A stretch of DNA of 64,000 nt from Candidatus Omnitrophota bacterium (lineage in GTDB: Bacteria; Ratteibacteria; UBA8468; MWAK01): assembly GCA_043826355.1 (NCBI GenBank), contig JBDRQI010000003.1, positions 18,157 through 82,156 of the forward strand, in the 5' to 3' direction. Made by a program: the position numbers and the translations under genes. Below are positions 57,298-64,000 of the stretch, in pieces (the stretch's first letter is position 1; each line of letters begins with the position of its first letter). Below the pieces are notes generated by a model. That model did not search any database. It was given only the letters and a program-made list of their open reading frames with translations, and was not told where the DNA came from.

Positions 57298-59033
57298 AAA
57301 ACTATTACGGGAAATACCGGCCGGTTCCCATCAATCTCCACCAGCGGGTTTTACTGGGAACGGATTTCCTCGTTCATAACCCCGATAAACGTTATGGCTG
57401 TTTACCTACCTTTACGGTCTCTTTTGACGATAAAAAGACCGTCGGGCGGCACGATTTCCCCGATTTCGGAGACCTGACTTCCCGATATCTGGAAGCGCTC
57501 TTGCTGGCAAAACAGATGACCGGCAGTAATTCCGGCGACGAAACAATAACCGCGTTAAAAAAACTTTTCCTTTCCTTCTTCCGGCACCGGGATGGTTTAA
57601 ATTACCGTCCGCCGGTTGACGCTCCATTCCAATCACTGATTACCGGAAAACCATACCAGCCGGAGGTGGCTGAAGGATTTGACCAGTCCCGGGTGATGTT
57701 TACCCTTCTTACCTGGTTCCTGATAACCGGCGAAGCAAAACCCAAACAGCTTTTTGATAAACTTATCGACGGAATCCGTTCCAAGGCGGTAATCAAAAAT
57801 GATTATCTTTATTTCGCCGGACCTACTTTTACCCCGGGACATCGGCCGGCGCCGGATAGCCCGTCTTATCCGGAACAACTTTATTTTGCCGGGACAATGA
57901 TTCTACCGCTTGCCAAATGGTACAAATTGACCGGCAATACGGCGGCGCTGGACACGGCCGGAAAACTGGTTAATTTCATTATCAAACAATCAGACTATTT
58001 CGGCCCGGACGGTTCTTTTACAGCCCTAGAAGTAAAAGGATCCAAAAGCTGGGACCTTATCAATGGCCACACCCATTCCAGACTGGGCGCCATTGCCGGT
58101 ATCCTGAAATACGGTAACCTGACTTCAGATAAACCGGTTTTTGAGTTCGGCAAAAGAGCTTTTCACTGGTTTTACCGGAATTACTGCCTGCTAACCGGCT
58201 GGTGCCCGGAATTTGTGGGCCGGTACCCGATAGAACAAGAAGGATGTGAAACCTGCACACTCATGGATCTGGTTTACTGCTGTCTGGAATTATGCGCCGC
58301 GGGTCACCAAAAATACTGGAATTTAATTGAACGGGTTGCCCGAAACCAATTATTGGAACAACAATTGACCGACGTATCCTTTCTGGGTTTTGCGCACGGT
58401 TCTCCCGGCAAAAAATTTGAGTCCTACCCGGTCTCGCCAAAGGCGGTGCTGGGGGCCTTTGGCGGCTGGTGCGGTGTGAATGATTTTATCAGCGACAATA
58501 TCGCCGCCCGTCACCTGATGAATTGCTGCGGACCATCCGGTGTAAAAACACTCTATCTGGTCTGGCAAAATATCATCAGTTGGCAAGACAAAACATTGTC
58601 AATCAACATGCTTTTGCCGAGGAATTCCAGATATGCAAATATCATCAGCCATGAGCCCCGGAAAGGAAAGCTTGAAATTGTTCTTCGCCAGAACTGCCGT
58701 CTCCAAATCCTTATCCCCGAATGGGTTAATAAAGAACAAGTTTCCATCTCCGTCAACGGCAAAATAAGAGCAAACCGCTGGACCGGTTTTCAACTTCTGA
58801 TTGAAGACGTCGGCATTAATCAAAAAGCGGTGATTACATATCCGCTTCGCTCAATCACTCTTACCGAAAAATCCGGCCTTCGGAAATACCGGACAAGTTG
58901 GGTTGGAAGCACGGTAATTTCCATCGACCCGTCCGGCCGCCGCGTACCTCTTTATCAACGCAGCCAATTACTGAAGTCCTGCAAACCAATGGCCTTACCT
59001 GATTATATTCCCGAAAAAGAAATTACGTTATAA
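57282..59033 (+). CDS. GH127-like (alpha/alpha)6 glycoside hydrolase
   Basis: GHTHS, CETC, ER..RNQL and MNCC motifs; start taken at ATG 57282. Confidence 0.65.
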   Translation: MGRTIKNYYGKYRPVPINLHQRVLLGTDFLVHNPDKRYGCLPTFTVSFDDKKTVGRHDFPDFGDLTSRYLEALLLAKQMTGSNSGDETITALKKLFLSFFRHRDGLNYRPPVDAPFQSLITGKPYQPEVAEGFDQSRVMFTLLTWFLITGEAKPKQLFDKLIDGIRSKAVIKNDYLYFAGPTFTPGHRPAPDSPSYPEQLYFAGTMILPLAKWYKLTGNTAALDTAGKLVNFIIKQSDYFGPDGSFTALEVKGSKSWDLINGHTHSRLGAIAGILKYGNLTSDKPVFEFGKRAFHWFYRNYCLLTGWCPEFVGRYPIEQEGCETCTLMDLVYCCLELCAAGHQKYWNLIERVARNQLLEQQLTDVSFLGFAHGSPGKKFESYPVSPKAVLGAFGGWCGVNDFISDNIAARHLMNCCGPSGVKTLYLVWQNIISWQDKTLSINMLLPRNSRYANIISHEPRKGKLEIVLRQNCRLQILIPEWVNKEQVSISVNGKIRANRWTGFQLLIEDVGINQKAVITYPLRSITLTEKSGLRKYRTSWVGSTVISIDPSGRRVPLYQRSQLLKSCKPMALPDYIPEKEITL

Positions 59034-59082
59034 CTGTTCTTGGACAACCCACTTTAATTCCCAAAGAATAGAGGACAAAAAC

Positions 59083-59223
59083 ATGGCTCATGCTTCTGTA
59101 AAATGGATCGGGATGACCGATGATCTTCGAGGCAAAGCGGCTCCGTTGTTGCGTAGCTGTTTTGCTTCAGAACAGACCATAAAATCTGCGCATCTGAGCA
59201 TCTACTGGGAGACGGTTTTTTAA
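59083..59223 (+). pseudogene. N-terminal remnant of an alpha-L-rhamnosidase (GH78)-like gene
   Basis: SD GAGGA; VKWIG...APLLRSCF...IKSAHLSI, then a stop after 46 aa. Confidence 0.5.
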
Positions 59224-59511
59224 CCAGGCTGCGATTCCCGAGCACCAATATGGGTGGTTTGGAGAAAAATCCTCATACGGCTTAAATTACGGTATGCCGG
59301 TTTGTAACCAATTTGTGACCATGCGGTGGTTAAATCCAGTGAACGCCAGTGAGATGCAGTGAAATAGGGGATAACCTCTTAAATTATTTCTTTAAAATAG
59401 CCTCGTTTAGCCTACGTTATTCTTCGGTAATTTTCAAAAAACATATTGGGAATTTATATTTCTGCATGCCGGAAGATGTGAAGAAGAGTTTTACCGGGCA
59501 GTTAAGGAAAC

Positions 59512-61917
59512 TCAGGGCAGGTTGAGCAGTAATTGGTTTGGTGCTGGCCCGGGGGGCTGATGCTTTGAGACCAGCCAGACCCGTTTCCAGATGCCGCCGG
59601 CTCCGGCGTTGTCCGCTACCCGGACTGTCACCTGCTGCCGGGACTGTTCCCAAACAAGAAAGGGATCAATCCGGATTTCAAACGGCGTGTTCCAATCATT
59701 CGGTTTTTCAAACAGGTGCTGGCCGGCAAGTTTGCCGTTGACGTAGACCCAGCAGGATTCATCCACCGCCCCGAAGTAGAGAAAAATTGCGCGGCCTTTC
59801 ATTTCCGTCGGGATGGTCAGTTGCGTGGCATACCAGCCGATGCCGTCGTAGTTTCTCAGTTGCGCTCGCAGGGCAGGGGATGGATACGACATTTTTTCAG
59901 GCTGATTTTCCCAGAAATGGTCGGTCCGGATCTGGTCCCAGTCTTTGAGCTGCACCCAACTTTTTTCCGGCCACTTTTCCGTAAGCCCAACATCCTGGGG
60001 GTCCAGTTGGAAACGCCAGGCCAGGTCAGTCAGCAACCAGGGCAACGGATACTCCTGCAGGTCCGTGGCAGTTTTGATGCCGGTTATGTCGCCCCAGTAG
60101 GTTTCCCGGTCAAAAATACTCGGCCAGGGCAGGCGCAGGTCGTCCCGATGGCGGCGGCGAAATTCCAGCAGGGCCCGGGCCGGCTCAAATTTAGCGGTGC
60201 CATCCGCAATAACTGCCTGAAACACCAGGCGCGCATGCCGGTTGGCCAGGATCAGTTGAGCCACGCGGACGCGTTGCGAAGGCGAGAGTTTTTTTGCGGC
60301 GGCTTCCTGGAGGATGGCGTCCGTGCGGTCAAAGTCCTCCGCGGTATAATATTTGCCCAATGACCACATTACGCCCCGGACAAAATTATAATATTTGCCG
60401 CGTTCCGCAATGGCATCCAACTCCGGCAGGAACCGCTTTTCCCATAATTCCTGGCGCCAGTACCGGAAATAGCGCTGGACTGCCCCGGCGGCCGGCCCAT
60501 AGGCGGAACAATAATGGGCTTCCCAATACTCAAAGGGACGGGACGGATCAGAAAAGGCTTTGGCCAGGATATAATCGGCCATGCCGGTAACCGGCCAATG
60601 GCCCATCAGGGAACCGTAATCCGCAGCAATCACCCCGTGCTTCACCGACAGTTGGAAAACGTCAAACATCTGCTTTTCGAATCCCATCGGGATGACGGTG
60701 GTAAAATAGTAGTATCCATAATTCGGACGCAGAAAGAGCGATTTGGCCCCGGCGGCCTGCCAGCCTGCAAACAGCCGCTCCAGTTTCGAGAGGTTGATCG
60801 TGGTCGGGACCACGCCGACCAGGACGTTCGGTTCCAGTCGCTGGCGGCGCGGTGGCAGTTCCGTTTCATTGTAGGCATACATCACGGCGCCGCCTTCGGG
60901 GTCGTGTTGACGCGCGGCGCGGGCCACGGCATTGGCCAGGAACACGTAGCGGTCGGTCAGCGGTTTGCCGTAGGTTTGATAATCGCCAAAGGTCTCCATA
61001 TCCTTTTCGACGTCTAACGCCTCGCAGGCCGGACAACGGCAGAAACCCCAACTCATGTCGTTTTCGCATACCCCCGCCCATTTGGAACGCTTGCCGCCGG
61101 CCAGCCAGTTTTGAACGATTTGGTCGGCCACCCTGGGATTGCTGGTGCAGAGTTTAACGGTCTGCTTGTCGCCCAATCCAACAGGTTCCGTCGGATTGTC
61201 CGGATTTGCCTTTTGAGATTCCGGTTCGCGTTTACCGTATTTGTTCAAGGCGAAATAATCGGGATGCTCTTTGCCATATCTATCCCACCAGTCGGTGAAG
61301 GAGTGGCCATAGCCCAGGGCGGCATGGGTTCCTCCCATGCGCATGCGCATTTGCCACTCCTGTGTATCATGACCACCATCTTCATTACGGATAAGGCGCA
61401 GTTTCAATTCCGGCGCCCAACGGAATTGGCCGGCTGTTACGCGGAGCGGAAATTGCTGCGGCTCGTAGGCGATACCCTGGTCGCCCGGTTCAATCCAGCG
61501 GACGCCGAGCGCATCCTCCAGGAATCCGTAGACGGCAAACAGCGCCTCGCCGTAAAACCAGGCTGACCGGGAGGTGATTTTCCAGCGCGCTTCTTCAGGC
61601 GCCAGCAACGGCTCAGTCGACGACGGGGCGAAGCCCACGTAAAACGCGTATTTGTCCGCGGGCCTCCCGGTCTCCTCAACCTGATCCAGTTTGACACCGG
61701 TTAGAAGCGCCAGGTGTTTGGCCAGTTCTTTGGCCGCCAGCAAAGTATTCGGATCGGCACTGGCCGGGACCACGATGGCGGCGGCCGGGTTGATATCAAC
61801 CATTTCCGCCTTTTGTTCCTTTGCGCATATATACTTGCAGTCGGCAGCCATGATGAACGCTGTTACGACAAGCAAACCGCATAGACCGACCACGCTAAAT
61901 CCCCGTGTCATTTTCAT
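59512..61917 (-). CDS. Secreted DUF4838-like protein with C-terminal GH2-type sugar-binding domain
   Basis: Signal peptide; AAKELAKHL, LGVRW, GHSF, HPDYFA, LCTSNP; C-terminal YDGIGWY, LYFGAVD, VNGK and GGIWK motifs. Confidence 0.8.
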   Translation of the reverse strand: MKMTRGFSVVGLCGLLVVTAFIMAADCKYICAKEQKAEMVDINPAAAIVVPASADPNTLLAAKELAKHLALLTGVKLDQVEETGRPADKYAFYVGFAPSSTEPLLAPEEARWKITSRSAWFYGEALFAVYGFLEDALGVRWIEPGDQGIAYEPQQFPLRVTAGQFRWAPELKLRLIRNEDGGHDTQEWQMRMRMGGTHAALGYGHSFTDWWDRYGKEHPDYFALNKYGKREPESQKANPDNPTEPVGLGDKQTVKLCTSNPRVADQIVQNWLAGGKRSKWAGVCENDMSWGFCRCPACEALDVEKDMETFGDYQTYGKPLTDRYVFLANAVARAARQHDPEGGAVMYAYNETELPPRRQRLEPNVLVGVVPTTINLSKLERLFAGWQAAGAKSLFLRPNYGYYYFTTVIPMGFEKQMFDVFQLSVKHGVIAADYGSLMGHWPVTGMADYILAKAFSDPSRPFEYWEAHYCSAYGPAAGAVQRYFRYWRQELWEKRFLPELDAIAERGKYYNFVRGVMWSLGKYYTAEDFDRTDAILQEAAAKKLSPSQRVRVAQLILANRHARLVFQAVIADGTAKFEPARALLEFRRRHRDDLRLPWPSIFDRETYWGDITGIKTATDLQEYPLPWLLTDLAWRFQLDPQDVGLTEKWPEKSWVQLKDWDQIRTDHFWENQPEKMSYPSPALRAQLRNYDGIGWYATQLTIPTEMKGRAIFLYFGAVDESCWVYVNGKLAGQHLFEKPNDWNTPFEIRIDPFLVWEQSRQQVTVRVADNAGAGGIWKRVWLVSKHQPPGPAPNQLLLNLP

Positions 61918-61931
61918 CTTCCCCCTGAATC

Positions 61932-61960
61932 CGTGACAGGAAATCCTGTCGCGTTTTTTT
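61932..61960 (+). terminator. Terminator-like hairpin (plus-strand orientation)
   Basis: cgtgacagg-aaat-cctgtcgcg followed by T7. Confidence 0.35.
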
Positions 61961-62249
61961 CAACCTTCGTAGCCGCCGCAAATTACTACGCCGAAGCATG
62001 AGGTTTCTTCCCGCCACAGGTCTGCCACAGGCAGGGGCTGGACAAAAAAATAGTTGACGGCGGTACGATTTTTCTTATCATCAGACTTTACTTTACCACC
62101 AAAATTAAAATAATGTCAATGGTGGAAGTGCCTCATCTAAAATTCTTTATATTTTACCGGGGCGGGGGTAACGCAGGCCAGACGATAACCTTTCACAACG
62201 CCATTACGTACGAATATCTGTATTACCAGCCGACAGGAACAAGCGACCG

Positions 62250-62406
62250 CGACCGGGAGCGGTTTCACCAGAGGCTGGCTTACAAAACCCCCCGGCAGGT
62301 GCATTCAAATGCGGTAAAAAAAGAAGCGGCGGCGTATGGACATAAACAAGCAATGTCCGCCACCCTAAAAACTGAGAGAAGTGGTCTTGACAAACCCGAA
62401 CCTTTA
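62250..62406 (+). mobile_element. Possible IS3-family right-end remnant
   Basis: ERFHQRLAYKTPRQVH resembles an integrase-core C-terminus; tggtcttgacaaacccgaaccttta resembles an IS3-type end. Confidence 0.4.
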
Positions 62407-62423
62407 TCCGGCGCGGTCGCTGA

Positions 62424-63233
62424 TTACGTCATCTTCCCGGCCATCTCTTTCATCGTCTCGGTCATATCCATCACCTGCATACCCTCGGGAACTTTAAAAA
62501 CAAAGAGTTCTGGAGATAGACCCCGGTCAGTTTTGACGTTCCTGAATTCCACGTACATCACCGCCGCATTCTTCTGGGCGTAGAATTCAACCGAGTCCGG
62601 AAAAAGGGTGCCTTTGTTAACCCACGCACCGATACTCTGCAGGGGCGGTTTTGTCGGCAGGAACATACCCATAAAGGAAACTGCGCTCTTCTGAAAAAAA
62701 TCTTTTATGTTGCCGGTTTCCAAAAAATAATAATCATCTCCGTTCCGATTTTCTTCGCTTATGCTGTACGATAGCGCCGGAAGCAAATAAAGAGGCTTTG
62801 AAAACGGCGCATTATTTGTCTTGCCCCCCAGAGCGGAAATGTCGGTTTTCATCACCATATTCATAGACGGCAATGAAAACCACGCCGTCTTTCCGTCAAA
62901 AACCATCAGCGCTTTGAACAACCCGGACACCCTGTATCCTGTCATGGCTGTAATTATCTCCGGTGGCACCGTTAACTCTGTCCGGAAAACCCGCTCCTTT
63001 TGCCACACGGCGCCTTCTATCTTCGTCGTTTTGCCAGACACCTGCACACCAATTGTCAGGTCAGACTGAAAATCCTGAATATTGCCCCATCGCCGGTTCA
63101 TGTCAGCTGTCAATTGTTCCACGGGCATCGCCTGACCCGGAACAGACTCCTCCTGACCGAAGACCGGCCGGGAAAGCGCCAGGCACAACAAACCCGTTAA
63201 AAACAATGCCTTAACCCTCCATCGTTTAATCAT
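62424..63233 (-). CDS. LolA-like / outer-membrane lipoprotein-sorting protein
   Basis: Signal peptide; VFDGKTAW and F.NVKTD.GLSPELFVFKVPEG..V motifs. Confidence 0.7.
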   Translation of the reverse strand: MIKRWRVKALFLTGLLCLALSRPVFGQEESVPGQAMPVEQLTADMNRRWGNIQDFQSDLTIGVQVSGKTTKIEGAVWQKERVFRTELTVPPEIITAMTGYRVSGLFKALMVFDGKTAWFSLPSMNMVMKTDISALGGKTNNAPFSKPLYLLPALSYSISEENRNGDDYYFLETGNIKDFFQKSAVSFMGMFLPTKPPLQSIGAWVNKGTLFPDSVEFYAQKNAAVMYVEFRNVKTDRGLSPELFVFKVPEGMQVMDMTETMKEMAGKMT

Positions 63234-63409
63234 TGATTCTCCCCAAAGTTAAGAATTCTCTGCTATTAACTATTCACCTCATTTCCTTGTCTTTTACAAA
63301 AACTATTACGTAATTCTCAACTGGCAGTTACGATTTAGCGCCCGGGCCGTTTCATTGTGGGCCCGTCAGGTAATGCGGGGAGATTTCTCTCCCCGCATCG
63401 TAAGGAATC

Positions 63410-63796
63410 TTACTTAACCGCCGATTTTCTATTTCCCGCCGTTGCTCTATTTTTTTCCATCCTTTCCTGCATATTCGCCTGGGCCTTTTCGCGCAGTTGT
63501 TCTAACTTCTTCTTCTGCGTCGATGTCAATACCGCATCAATCTGCTTTTCGGTGGCGGTCCGTATTTCCTTGACCTTTGCCGCCTGCCCGTCCATAATGC
63601 TTTTGATTTTGGCCTTTTGGGCATCGGTGAGATTCAGCTGATCGCCAAATATGAAACCTCTCTCCTGCCACTGCCCCATCTGTGCGCCGCGCGGCGGACC
63701 ACCAACCTTCCGAGATGTTTGAGCGCCGGTCTGGGCATACGCAAGGGATACCCCGGCAATCAAGACTGCCGTCAAAAAGATAGATATCTTCTTCAT
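63410..63796 (-). CDS. Spy/CpxP (LTXXQ motif) periplasmic protein
   Basis: Signal peptide; LNLTDAQK and VLTSTQK motifs; SD GAGGAGG. Confidence 0.8.
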   Translation of the reverse strand: MKKISIFLTAVLIAGVSLAYAQTGAQTSRKVGGPPRGAQMGQWQERGFIFGDQLNLTDAQKAKIKSIMDGQAAKVKEIRTATEKQIDAVLTSTQKKKLEQLREKAQANMQERMEKNRATAGNRKSAVK

Positions 63797-63959
63797 AAAG
63801 TTCACCTCCTCGTTTCGTATTTTATATCTATTAGACACAAAAGACTTGAAAAATGTTTAATCCCGCATTCTCCATATGAAGACAAAATTTTATCTGGACA
63901 AATTGACCTTTCTTGCGTCTATAATATAGATAGAAACAGATGAAAAAAGGAGAGACCTG

Positions 63960-64000
63960 ATGGGTGAAAGTAAAAACAGCTATTTCCGGGTAGGCTTTAA
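63960..64000 (+). CDS. Start of an unidentified gene running off the window
   Basis: SD AAGGAG, then ATG and an open frame (MGESKNSYFRVGF) to the window edge. Confidence 0.4.
   Translation, partial: MGESKNSYFRVGF

Noticed and set aside
62113..62583. 156-aa plus-strand ORF as a real gene
   Set aside because: Appears chimeric: AT-rich start, short IS3-like tail, then antisense overlap with the LolA-like gene
63328..63403. Hammerhead ribozyme
   Set aside because: CTGA is present on the minus strand, but the CUGANGA and GAAA core is not in the required positions
53780..64000. att duplication of the tRNA-Gln 3' end
   Set aside because: No second copy found by eye within the window

Overview
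Chromosomal window from a diderm bacterium (lpxK present). The gene content and a pseudopilin cluster suggest a PVC-associated lineage, which is inference only. Positions 1-53.8 kb are mostly core genes: rseP-ispG-recX-alaS, a sigma-70 factor, apt, rpsF-ssb-rpsR-rplI-dnaB, ispD, queDCE, an M18 aminopeptidase, a GH2 beta-galactosidase, a minus-strand block (HIT, EndoQ-like, lpxK, hisA-like, PLD, ispF, gltX, cysS, folP, ruvX, mutM, tilS), tRNA-Gly, pdxA/surA/PPIase, a T2SS/type IV pilus-like cluster (two PilB/GspE, PilT, PilC, GspG/H/I/J/K-like), argS, rbfA, ftsK, cca, leuACDB and tRNA-Gln. An accessory region follows: PerR/Fur, Dps-like ferritin, ZIP transporter, ASRT protein, GH127-like protein, DUF4838-like protein and several gene remnants. 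The most notable signals are non-coding. (i) The beta-galactosidase gene lies between two copies of the 43-bp 3' end of the aminopeptidase gene, like a single-gene integrated cassette. (ii) Three non-autonomous IS200/IS605-type elements (192, 138 and only 43 bp) have empty sites that can be rebuilt from this window. (iii) Many families of short palindromic or tandem-inverted elements are present, several nested in each other and several in frame inside essential genes (tilS, ispG, cysS). (iv) The sigma factor carries substitutions at the classical -10/-35 specificity residues. No CRISPR array, rRNA or intact transposase/integrase was seen. All product calls come from motif recognition by eye; no database searches were run.
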